Source: a bacterium
Lineage (GTDB): Bacteria; JAMCPX01
Length of the DNA: 28,376 nucleotides
Direction of reading: 5' to 3'
NCBI GenBank assembly: GCA_037439545.1
Contig: JBBIVV010000029.1
Span: forward strand, 1-28,376
The notes below the pieces were generated by a model that saw only the letters and a program-made list of their open reading frames with translations, did not search any database and was not told the DNA's origin. A program made the position numbers and the translations under genes. Shown one piece after another: positions 11,739-19,520 of the stretch. Position 1 is the first letter of the stretch. Each line of letters begins with the position of its first letter.

Positions 11739-12719
11739 ATGGTTCCATCATTCGAACACATAATAGAACATAACGGAATATCAGCAGGCGAGGCAAAACA
11801 ACTGAGCGAACTGAAACAGGAAGACCTCATGAAGCTTTTTGATGTCACCAATGCACTCAGACATCATTTCAAAGGAAAGGACATAAATATATGTTCCATA
11901 GTAAATGCTAAATCAGGTTTGTGTCCCGAGGATTGCAAGTTTTGTGCACAGTCGGCTCATTATAAGACAGAAGCGAAAAACTATCCACTGCTTCCTGCAA
12001 AAACAATTGTCGATAAAGCAAAGCATGCTTCAGACTGGGGTGCCCGCGGCTTTTCGATAGTAACGAGCGGCTATGGTATCGATAATAAAACGGACCTTGA
12101 CGGAGTTGCACTCGCTTTAAAGGCCATTGCGGAACAAACGCCTCTGTACAGATGCGCATCACTCGGCATTCTCACTGAACATGAATTGGTCCATTTAAAA
12201 AATTCAGGGCTCGTGAAATATCATCACAACCTTGAGACATCACGCTCGCTCTTCCCTGAAATATGTTCAACACATCCCTACGATGACGATATCGAGGCAA
12301 TAAAAAATGCAAAACAAGCAGGGCTTGATGTCTGCAGCGGCGGTGTATTCGGGATCGGTGAATCGTGGGATCAACGCATCGAGCTTGCATTTACTCTCAA
12401 GGAACTTGATGTTGATTCAATACCGATAAACTTTTTAAACCCGGTTAAAGGCACACCGCTGGAAGATTCACATTCTCTGACGCCCTTTGAATGCCTGAAG
12501 ATTATCTCCATGTTCCGGTTGATACTGCCTGCCAAGGATATAGTCATTTGCGGCGGCAGGGAATTCAATCTAAGGGACTTGCAGTCAATGATCTTCTATG
12601 CCGGTGCAAACGGCATGATGACCGGAGGCTATCTGACGACGCCGGGCAGGCCTGTGGAAGCAGATTTATCTATGATCCATGATCTTGGTCTTGAGGTAAC
12701 AAAACCAGTATCAGTATGA
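11739..12719 (+). CDS. bioB: Biotin synthase (radical SAM)
   Basis: NAKSGLCPEDCKFCAQS, CASLG, YHHNLETS, CSGG, SIPINFL, GGYLTT. SD GGAGG precedes ATG 11739. Confidence 0.97.
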   Translation: MVPSFEHIIEHNGISAGEAKQLSELKQEDLMKLFDVTNALRHHFKGKDINICSIVNAKSGLCPEDCKFCAQSAHYKTEAKNYPLLPAKTIVDKAKHASDWGARGFSIVTSGYGIDNKTDLDGVALALKAIAEQTPLYRCASLGILTEHELVHLKNSGLVKYHHNLETSRSLFPEICSTHPYDDDIEAIKNAKQAGLDVCSGGVFGIGESWDQRIELAFTLKELDVDSIPINFLNPVKGTPLEDSHSLTPFECLKIISMFRLILPAKDIVICGGREFNLRDLQSMIFYAGANGMMTGGYLTTPGRPVEADLSMIHDLGLEVTKPVSV

Positions 12720-13918
12720 CAGATCCACTTTACCCTTCGTCATTACATCCTCTGTCTGAAGAGCTTGCACACATAAAGAAAAACAGGCTCTTCAGAGAAA
12801 TGCACAGGATAGAAGGCATTCAGGGACCGGTCGTTAAAATGGATGGCAGGGATACAATACTGATGTGCTCGAACAACTATCTTGGACTTGCAAACCACCC
12901 GGAACTGATTAAAACTGCCCTCTCTTCTGCCCAGGAATACGGGGTGAGTTCAACAGCATCGAGACTTGTATCCGGAGATATGTCTGTACATGAGCAATTG
13001 GAGTTCGATATAGCACGGTTCAAAAAAACAGAGTCTGCACTTGTTTTCAATTCAGGTTATAATGCAAACATCGGCGTCATATCAGCCATCGCGGATAAGA
13101 ATACCGCAGTACTATCTGACAGCCTTAATCATGCATCTATCATCGATGGCATAAGGCTCAGCAGAGCACAGGTTTTTATATATAAACACCGTGATGTGAA
13201 CATGATTGAAGATATACTAAAATCCATGAACAATAAAAATAATGAGGTTAACCCTTCCAAAAAGCTTATAGTCACTGAGAGTGTTTTTAGCATGGATGGA
13301 GATATTGCTCCTTTGAAAGAGATATCGGAACTTGCTGAAAAACATGGTGCAATCCTTATAGTTGATGAGGCTCATGCAACAGGTACACTTGGTAATAACG
13401 GCAGAGGTGCTGTTGAAATGCTGGGCCTGGAAAATAAGGTTCCCGTGCAGATAGGAACGTTCGGGAAAGCTTTTGGCAGTTTTGGTGCATACGCCGCCGG
13501 GTGCAAACTGCTCACGGAATATCTTATCAATAGGGCCAGGTCATTTATTTTTACCACAGCACTGCCGCCTGCTGTTTGTGCGGTGAGTTCTAAAGCAATT
13601 GATCTTGTGCAGCAGCATCCGGAGTTGAGACAGAAACTGAAGAACAATATTGCCTTTTTGAGAAACGGCTTACGAAATATTGGATTTAATGTATCTGATG
13701 ATCCGACTCCTATTATACCGATTATCATCGGTGGTGCGGACAGGACCATGGAGTTTTCATCCCGGTTACTGCAAAACGGTATTTTTGTTTCAGGTATAAG
13801 ACCGCCCACGGTATCCGAAGGCACATCGAGGTTGAGGTTGACCGTTACGGCAGCACACACCAGGGATATGCTTGAAAAGGTGCTGGATACAGTTAAAGAG
13901 ATCAGCAGGGATTTTTAA
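12716..13918 (+). CDS. bioF: 8-amino-7-oxononanoate synthase (PLP-dependent)
   Basis: SNNYLGLA, ASRLVSG, FNSGYNAN, LNHASIIDG, ESVFSMDGD, VDEAH, GTFGKAFG, IRPPTV; ATGA overlap with bioB. Confidence 0.95.
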   Translation: MTDPLYPSSLHPLSEELAHIKKNRLFREMHRIEGIQGPVVKMDGRDTILMCSNNYLGLANHPELIKTALSSAQEYGVSSTASRLVSGDMSVHEQLEFDIARFKKTESALVFNSGYNANIGVISAIADKNTAVLSDSLNHASIIDGIRLSRAQVFIYKHRDVNMIEDILKSMNNKNNEVNPSKKLIVTESVFSMDGDIAPLKEISELAEKHGAILIVDEAHATGTLGNNGRGAVEMLGLENKVPVQIGTFGKAFGSFGAYAAGCKLLTEYLINRARSFIFTTALPPAVCAVSSKAIDLVQQHPELRQKLKNNIAFLRNGLRNIGFNVSDDPTPIIPIIIGGADRTMEFSSRLLQNGIFVSGIRPPTVSEGTSRLRLTVTAAHTRDMLEKVLDTVKEISRDF

Positions 13919-13969
13919 ATAAAACTATCTACCTTTTACAAATACCTATATCTGGTGGCGGGGAAAAAA

Positions 13970-14044
13970 CGGGGTCGACGGGGTTCGAACCCGCGACCTT
14001 CCGCGTGACAGGCGGACGTTCTAACCAAACTGAACTACGACCCC
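13970..14044 (-). tRNA. tRNA-Asp (GTC), CCA not encoded
   Basis: GGGGTCGTAGTTCAGTTTGGTTAGAACGTCCGCCTGTCACGCGGAAGGTCGCGGGTTCGAACCCCGTCGACCCCG folds as a cloverleaf with anticodon GTC and G73. Confidence 0.97.
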
Positions 14045-14052
14045 TTAAACAA

Positions 14053-14125
14053 TAGGCGGAACAGGGCTCGAACCTGCGACATCCACCGTGTAAGAGTGGC
14101 GCTCTACCAGCTGAGCTATCCGCCT
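14053..14125 (-). tRNA. tRNA-Val (TAC), CCA not encoded
   Basis: AGGCGGATAGCTCAGCTGGTAGAGCGCCACTCTTACACGGTGGATGTCGCAGGTTCGAGCCCTGTTCCGCCTA folds as a cloverleaf with anticodon TAC and A73. Confidence 0.97.
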
Positions 14126-14137
14126 GCGACAATTTTT

Positions 14138-14167
14138 ATAATATATAAAGAATATTTCATTTGTCAA
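14138..14167 (-). promoter_or_regulatory. sigma70 promoter of the tRNA-Val/Asp operon
   Basis: TTGACA (14167-14162) with TATATT (N16) or TATTAT (N18) just upstream of tRNA-Val. Confidence 0.7.
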
Positions 14168-14190
14168 TGCATTTGGATATCTATAAAATT

Positions 14191-14444
14191 GGGTCCTCTC
14201 CCATTGTTGATCTTACATGGGGGCAAAGTTTTTTCCTCAGCTCGTAAAACAAAGCTCCCTTCGATAAACGGGATTAGCCGATCAAAAATGCAGTTGCTTT
14301 TATTTTAGACGCAGATAGAGAAGCAGTCCACGCATAGTACCATGAAATCCTTGCAAGCAGTTCGCATATGTTTTCCTTCGCATCGTCAAAAACTTCCCCC
14401 CATCTTTGTCGGGTAACTTCATGATCGCTTTTGGGAGAAGATCC
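14191..14444. mobile_element. 254-bp non-autonomous insertion element (MITE / internally deleted IS, ISL3-like ends)
   Basis: Left end GGGTCCTCTCCCA and right end reverse complement GGATCTTCTCCCA match 11/13, with GATC shared at positions 19-22. Exact flanking direct repeat ATAAAATT at 14183-14190 and 14445-14452. No transposase-length ORF. Confidence 0.8.
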
Positions 14445-14555
14445 ATAAAATTTAAGTCCAAAACTAAATTTTTGTGGTTTGCAGCCATTATACCATATAG
14501 TATAGCCATAGCACCAATTAGTATACCGGTTACATGTCAGGAATAGCAATCGGTT

Positions 14556-14592
14556 GAATTAGTTGATTTTATATTCTGGTATGATAAGTGCT
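14556..14592 (+). promoter_or_regulatory. Candidate sigma54 (-24/-12) promoter with upstream IHF-like site
   Basis: TGGTATGATAAGTGCT has GG at 14578-79, N10, GC at 14590-91. AATCAACTAATTC (reverse strand, 14556-14568) resembles WATCAANNNNTTR. Confidence 0.55.
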
Positions 14593-14634
14593 TTTTAAAT
14601 TAGTTAAATTATAATTCAAAGGAGGTGAATAGAA

Positions 14635-14997
14635 ATGAGAAAGCTAATATCAGTAGTAGTAGCAGTAGCATTTGCTCTTACACTTGCAACAATGGCAATG
14701 GCAGCACCTAAGAAAGCGGTAAAGAAGGCAGCAGGACCAGTCAAAGCAGAGGTTGTCAAGGTAGAGAAAATGAAGAAGGCAACAATACTTGTAGTTAAGA
14801 TCGATGGTAAAGTTAAGAAACTACATGTAGCAAAGGTAGCCTTAAAGGAAGCAGAAGGACTGAAGGGTGGAGAAGCAGTAGAATTAACATTACACGGTGT
14901 ATGGGTTAAAGGCATCAAGGTAGAGGAAGCAGCAGCACCAGCTCCGGCACCGGCAGCAGCACCAGCTCCCGCACCAGCTCCAGCACCAGCCAAGTAA
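14635..14997 (+). CDS. Secreted Lys/Ala/Val-rich small protein with Pro/Ala-repeat tail, function unknown
   Basis: Strong SD AAAGGAGGTG, Sec signal peptide ending AMA, beta-strand-like core, (AP)n tail, marked codon bias and its own terminator. Confidence 0.85.
   Translation: MRKLISVVVAVAFALTLATMAMAAPKKAVKKAAGPVKAEVVKVEKMKKATILVVKIDGKVKKLHVAKVALKEAEGLKGGEAVELTLHGVWVKGIKVEEAAAPAPAPAAAPAPAPAPAPAK
14929..14991 (+). repeat. Coding tandem repeat encoding AAAPAPAP
   Basis: GCAGCAGCACCAGCTCC at 14929-14945 and 14953-14969 (24-bp period), followed by further GCACCAGC units. Confidence 0.8.
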
Positions 14998-15021
14998 AAA
15001 TCATTATTTAAGAGCATTGGT

Positions 15022-15052
15022 TAGTGGCGCCTACGGGCGCCACTATTTTTTT
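15022..15052 (+). terminator. Rho-independent terminator
   Basis: Perfect 10-bp stem TAGTGGCGCC / GGCGCCACTA with UACG tetraloop and T7 tail. Confidence 0.93.
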
Positions 15053-15063
15053 GTCAATCACCT

Positions 15064-15123
15064 TACCCCCTTATCAGGGGTATCCATATTTTATCTCCCC
15101 CTGTCAAGGGGGATTCAGGGGGT
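15064..15123. repeat. REP-like tandem C-run/G-run palindromes
   Basis: TACCCCCTTATCAGGGGTA and TCCCCCTGTCAAGGGGGA-TTCAGGGGG lie between convergent genes. Confidence 0.55.
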
Positions 15124-15840
15124 TTATTTTTCCCGTATAAAGGACACAATGCTCATTGCCGCAATTGCAGCCGTTTCGGCACGGAGTATATTTTCCCCGA
15201 GATTTGCAATATATACATCGTGCTCCCTCGCATATTTTATTTCATCTGCTGAAAACCCCCCCTCAGGCCCTATAATCAGCATGACCCGTGATGCTTGTTT
15301 CAGCATGTTCTGAATAGTGGAAAAAGGTTCAACATTATCTCCGTAATGAAACAATATTTTGTAAACATCCGGCATTGTTTGTATGAGTTCTTTATAACCC
15401 AAGGGGCCATAAAGATGCGGTATGCGACGACGCATAGACTGGCCTACTGCTTCTTTTATAACAGCATCGCATCTATTCATAAAATTTGTATCTTTTATTT
15501 TAACGACTGTATACCGGGATGTAAAAGGTATAATCGCATCAACACCAAGCTCTGTCGCTTTTTGCAATGCGAACAGCATGCGATCCTTTTTAATCACCGA
15601 CTGTGCAAGAATGATGCCTGTCCCGGAACTATCTGCAGTTGTTTGTTTTAGTATCTTAAAAACTGCTTTACGTTTCTGAAGCTCTTCCAGGACGCTGACA
15701 TAGGTGCCCCCTGATTCGTTAATGAATAGCGTTTGTTCACCAAGCTTTAATCTCAGGCTCTTTACATGCCTATATCTGTCACCGGATATGGTTATCTTGT
15801 CATTCTCGATATCGGCATCCGATATAATAAATTGAGGCAT
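15124..15840 (-). CDS. rsmE: 16S rRNA m3U1498 methyltransferase
   Basis: HVKSLRL, LQKATELGVDAIIP, EAVGQSMR, IIGPEGGFS, LGENILRAETA. Confidence 0.95.
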   Translation of the reverse strand: MPQFIISDADIENDKITISGDRYRHVKSLRLKLGEQTLFINESGGTYVSVLEELQKRKAVFKILKQTTADSSGTGIILAQSVIKKDRMLFALQKATELGVDAIIPFTSRYTVVKIKDTNFMNRCDAVIKEAVGQSMRRRIPHLYGPLGYKELIQTMPDVYKILFHYGDNVEPFSTIQNMLKQASRVMLIIGPEGGFSADEIKYAREHDVYIANLGENILRAETAAIAAMSIVSFIREK

Positions 15841-16272
15841 CTATCTTACAATGAGAACGCTGCAATGTGCATGGTGGTTCACCCTGTCACTGACGCTTCC
15901 AAGCATATGCGCCATTACTTCACCATACCCATGGCTCCCCACCACAATAAGGTCGAATTTATTTTTCCTGGCATACTGTGAAATAATATCGCCTGGATTG
16001 CCATACTCGAGCAAAAATTGGATATTGAGGTTGTAGGATTTAAGCTGTTCTTTTCCTTCTTTGACAATATCATCGCCTTTTTTTTTAAGAATAGAGTATG
16101 CCTCGGAGCCAAGTTCTTCAAGCCCAAATAAACCAAAGGCATTCAGGGGATGTTCAATAACGGTGATAAGCGCAACTTCCGATTTATATCGTTTTGCAAT
16201 ATCTGCGCCAACATCAATGGCTTTTCTCGCATAGGGAGAGCCATCGGTAGCAATAAGTATTTTTTTATACAT
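15841..16272 (-). CDS. Universal stress protein (UspA family)
   Basis: MYKKILIATDGS, GNPGDII, DLIVVGSHG, LGSVSDRVNHHAHCSVLIVR. Confidence 0.95.
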   Translation of the reverse strand: MYKKILIATDGSPYARKAIDVGADIAKRYKSEVALITVIEHPLNAFGLFGLEELGSEAYSILKKKGDDIVKEGKEQLKSYNLNIQFLLEYGNPGDIISQYARKNKFDLIVVGSHGYGEVMAHMLGSVSDRVNHHAHCSVLIVR

Positions 16273-16369
16273 ACTTCTCCCCTTTTATGTAGAGACTATA
16301 GTATTCACGAATATATGCAAACAAAATATAATACTATGGTTATTTTCTTAGCTGCCGTGAGAAACCATA

Positions 16370-16855
16370 TTATGAATTCAACTTCATAATCTTTTCAATG
16401 ATCGCAGTGGTCGATGTTTCATTCACGACAGGAATAATTACGATTTTCCCGCCGTACGATTCTACAAAATCGGCGCCTACTACATCTTTTTTTTGCCAGT
16501 CGCCGCCCTTTACAAGGATGACGGGCTTCACAAGCTTTATAACCTCTAAAGGTGTCGGCTCGTGAAACATATAAACATAATCGACCGACCTGAGCGATAA
16601 AAGAACTGTTGCCCTGGATTGCTGATCATTTATGGGTCTCCGGGGTCCCTTGATGCCTTTTATAGACGTATCGCTGTTTAAACCTACAATAAGTACATCG
16701 CCCAGTGCTTTTGCCGATTCAAGATACGAGGTATGCCCCGGATGTATTATGTCAAAGCATCCATTGGTAAAAATGATCTTTTTTTTCTCATATTTCAACC
16801 GTGTGATGAGATGCCTTAACCTTCTTCTGTCCGTTATAAACCTTGATGTATCCAT
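16370..16855 (-). CDS. rfaE2: D-glycero-beta-D-manno-heptose 1-phosphate adenylyltransferase (HldE domain II, HldC)
   Basis: FTNGCFDIIHPGH, GDVLIVGLNSDTSI, KGPRRPIN, LVKGGDW, STTAII. Confidence 0.94.
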   Translation of the reverse strand: MDTSRFITDRRRLRHLITRLKYEKKKIIFTNGCFDIIHPGHTSYLESAKALGDVLIVGLNSDTSIKGIKGPRRPINDQQSRATVLLSLRSVDYVYMFHEPTPLEVIKLVKPVILVKGGDWQKKDVVGADFVESYGGKIVIIPVVNETSTTAIIEKIMKLNS

Positions 16856-17020
16856 TCAATGCCCTTTAAGAATTTTTATTATTTCATAGTGCATAGTAGT
16901 ATACTTATCACATGATCTGCATAAAACAAACAACTATATACGTTCAAGAAAGCATGCCCTAAACACCGTGGCGGCGAATGAGCAAATTTCCCATTGCATC
17001 TTTCGGACCGAAGAAATAGC

Positions 17021-17054
17021 TTGCATTTATCGTAATTTATAATTATCTTAAATT
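17021..17054 (+). promoter_or_regulatory. Promoter with Per/Fur-box-like operator upstream of the Fur-family gene
   Basis: TTGCAT N17 TATCTT, overlapped by TTATAATTATCTTAA (17037-17051), close to the 7-1-7 Per box TTATAATnATTATAA. Confidence 0.6.
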
Positions 17055-17070
17055 AACAGAGAGAACATAT

Positions 17071-17496
17071 ATGGACAATCTGAACGAAGTAAAAAGTAAG
17101 TTAAAAGCAGCAGGGATGAAACTCACGACACAGCGCATAGCTATACTCAATATCCTGTGGAATAACCACAGTCATCCCACTGCCCTCGGTATCTATAAAA
17201 AACTCAGGATCAAACAACCGACGGTATCCTTTACCACAGTGTATAATACACTCGAACTCCTCACAAGACTGGGAGAGGTGAAAAAACTTACCGTTGATTT
17301 TGAACGGGCACATTATGACCCTACTACTGCACAGCACCACCATGCCATATGCATAGTATGCGGAGCCATAGCGGATGTGGAGCAGACACCGGACATGTCC
17401 TTCGATAAGAAAAACATAAAAGACTTTTCTAAAATATTGGATTTCCACATAGACTTCTTTGGTATTTGCAACATGTGCAATAAAACTTCCTCATAA
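17071..17496 (+). CDS. Fur-family regulator, PerR-like
   Basis: TTQRIAIL, HPTA, SFTTVYNTL, YD...HHHAICIVCGAIAD, GICNMC; the His/Asp regulatory-site pattern and Cys4 Zn site resemble PerR. Confidence 0.92.
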   Translation: MDNLNEVKSKLKAAGMKLTTQRIAILNILWNNHSHPTALGIYKKLRIKQPTVSFTTVYNTLELLTRLGEVKKLTVDFERAHYDPTTAQHHHAICIVCGAIADVEQTPDMSFDKKNIKDFSKILDFHIDFFGICNMCNKTSS

Positions 17497-17567
17497 CACC
17501 CGAAAACCGACCGACAGATTAAGTAGCTTGACAATAGACCATTGTAATACGAAACTGTCCAATCAGA

Positions 17568-18824
17568 ATGGCTGTATTATTTTTAATCATATACAATTGT
17601 ATCATCCTTGCGGGGATAGTACTGTTCGTACCTCTGTTGTTCCTCCTTAAACCAAAGAGTCTCGGGCATGTCTCAGAACGCATGGGCATATTGCCCTACA
17701 GGGAAAACTGTGTATGGGTACATGCAGCATCCGTAGGCGAGGTAAAGGCATCCATACCGCTGTTACAATCAATTGTATTGTCGGGTAAGAATGTACTTCT
17801 TACGACGATAACACCCGCGGGCAGGGAGTATGCGTCAACACTGAATATGAAAGGCGTGAGCATTTCATACGCACCTGTCGACAGTATTATCTTTACCCTG
17901 TGTGCGATGTACAGGGTAAAACCGTCTGCATTGATTATACTTGAGACAGAGATCTGGCCTGATCTTATTATCTCTGCGTCACTGCTAAAAACAGATATCG
18001 TCAGTGTAAATGCAAGGCTTTCTGAAAAAGCTCTCAAGGGTTACCTGTATATGAAGCCGGTTATGTCATTTTTATTTAAAAGATTCAGAATGTTGTGCGT
18101 CCAGACACAGGAAGACGCCGGAAGATTCATGAAGTTGGGTGCCCGGAGTGAAAACATACATATTACAGGCAATATAAAGTATGCAATAACTCGCAACACC
18201 TCTGCACCATGTATGAAAAACATAAAAGAAATATTTAAAAACAGACAGACGATAATTGCAGGCAGTACCCATACAGGTGAAGAGCAGATCGTCGTTAATT
18301 GTTTCCTGTCACTGAAACAAATCATAAACAATCCCCTGCTGATCATTGCACCACGGCATCTGAACAGACTCGATGAAGTGGTGGGCATTATAAGCAGGTC
18401 CGGACTGAATTTCATAAAGAGGTCAATGATAAACTCTTCCATCTCCTCAGGTAATGATTATGATGTAATCATACTCGACACCGTAGGAGAACTTGCGGAC
18501 ATTTATTCCATAGGTGACGCAATCTTCATAGGCGGCAGTCTGGTGCCTGTGGGAGGGCATAATCTGATTGAAGCTGTCGTTCATAAAAAACCGGTTATCT
18601 ACGGCATATATACCGATACTATCAAAGAATCTGTCTCGACACTTGATGGGAATGGCGGCATCATGGTCCATAACGAAGAAGAATTGTGCAGCACAATAAG
18701 AGATCTCCTGGAGCATCCCGGTAAGGCAAAATCACTCGGTGAAAAGGCTTATGATATGATTAAACAAAAAGTAGACACGCTGGATAATACCATGAATATT
18801 TTGAGAAAAGCAGGTATACTGTAA
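17568..18824 (+). CDS. waaA: 3-deoxy-D-manno-octulosonic acid (Kdo) transferase
   Basis: WVHAASVGE, ETEIWP, NARLS, TGNIKY, AGSTHTGEE, IIAPRH, DTVGEL, GGSLVPVGGHNLIE. Confidence 0.96.
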   Translation: MAVLFLIIYNCIILAGIVLFVPLLFLLKPKSLGHVSERMGILPYRENCVWVHAASVGEVKASIPLLQSIVLSGKNVLLTTITPAGREYASTLNMKGVSISYAPVDSIIFTLCAMYRVKPSALIILETEIWPDLIISASLLKTDIVSVNARLSEKALKGYLYMKPVMSFLFKRFRMLCVQTQEDAGRFMKLGARSENIHITGNIKYAITRNTSAPCMKNIKEIFKNRQTIIAGSTHTGEEQIVVNCFLSLKQIINNPLLIIAPRHLNRLDEVVGIISRSGLNFIKRSMINSSISSGNDYDVIILDTVGELADIYSIGDAIFIGGSLVPVGGHNLIEAVVHKKPVIYGIYTDTIKESVSTLDGNGGIMVHNEEELCSTIRDLLEHPGKAKSLGEKAYDMIKQKVDTLDNTMNILRKAGIL

Positions 18825-18857
18825 CAGAGCAGGCTCGAACATTATCGTGTTCTATGC

Positions 18858-19295
18858 TTAGAAGACTTCCGGCTGTTTTCCCAATCCTATCTCTGCTGTT
18901 TTATTCTTAACCGCTCCCGTTTTTTCCTGCTTCTTAAGACTCGCCATTTTTACCATATTGGCGAGTTTTTCAATCTTGAATGGTTTTTCAATATAAAACA
19001 ATGCTCCTGCATTGAAAGCACTTTTGATAACGTCCTCAGCGCCATATGCCGTCATAATTATGATTGCCGTGTTGGGCCATTTTATGCTTATTGTCTGAGC
19101 AAAATTCAAACCGCTCATATTCGGTAACTTTATATCGGTAACCACTATATCCACCGGTGAATTTTCCAACTGCTTAATGGCCTCTTCAGCACTCTTTACA
19201 CCCGTTACCCTCAATTGGTCATTGCCTTCCTGCAATAACTTTGCAATATCAATGGCAAAATTAATTTGATCATCAACTATTATTACACTTTTCAT
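18858..19295 (-). CDS. Stand-alone CheY-like response regulator
   Basis: IVDD, VVTDIKLPNMSG (phospho-Asp), MTAYG, EKPF; no output domain; SD AAAGGAGGTG. Confidence 0.93.
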   Translation of the reverse strand: MKSVIIVDDQINFAIDIAKLLQEGNDQLRVTGVKSAEEAIKQLENSPVDIVVTDIKLPNMSGLNFAQTISIKWPNTAIIIMTAYGAEDVIKSAFNAGALFYIEKPFKIEKLANMVKMASLKKQEKTGAVKNKTAEIGLGKQPEVF

Positions 19296-19356
19296 CCGGC
19301 ACCTCCTTTCGTTTCCTATGCTTTATTTTATTATATTTCATAACGTTATTATAAGA

Positions 19357-19372
19357 GGCATTATGTATGCCA
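19357..19372 (-). promoter_or_regulatory. Candidate sigma54 (-24/-12) promoter for the response regulator
   Basis: Minus strand TGGCATACATAATGCC gives GG-N10-GC with TGGCA at -24. Confidence 0.6.
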
Positions 19373-19440
19373 GCTCATCCAATGCTAACTATATGAAATT
19401 ACTGGGTTGTTATAACTCTCAGAGGGAGAACAACATATCT

Positions 19441-19466
19441 TGCAAATAATACATGTAAATATTGCA
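19441..19466. promoter_or_regulatory. Dyad-symmetric site, candidate enhancer (UAS) for a sigma54 activator
   Basis: TGCAA-ATAA-TACATGTA-AATA-TTGCA, about 70-95 bp upstream of the -24 element. Confidence 0.5.
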
Positions 19467-19485
19467 TTCGGCCCATAAATAAAGG

Positions 19486-19514
19486 TTGAAAAAAAACAAA
19501 TATTCTTATAAGAT
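19486..19514 (+). promoter_or_regulatory. sigma70 promoter for the lipoprotein gene (leaderless geometry)
   Basis: TTGAAA N17 TAAGAT; ATG follows 6 nt later with no SD. Confidence 0.55.
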
Positions 19515-19520
19515 TACAGT

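Noticed and set aside
13929..14132. 67-aa ORF
   Set aside because: Runs through two tRNA genes.
14274..14549. 91-aa and 69-aa minus-strand ORFs
   Set aside because: They cross the MITE boundary and have no credible start signals; at most a transposase remnant.
14929..14991. Short repeats as a CRISPR array
   Set aside because: In-frame coding repeats without spacers; no cas genes in the window.
14616..15017. 133-aa minus-strand ORF with a GA repeat
   Set aside because: Mirror of the plus-strand gene, which has the SD, signal peptide and terminator.
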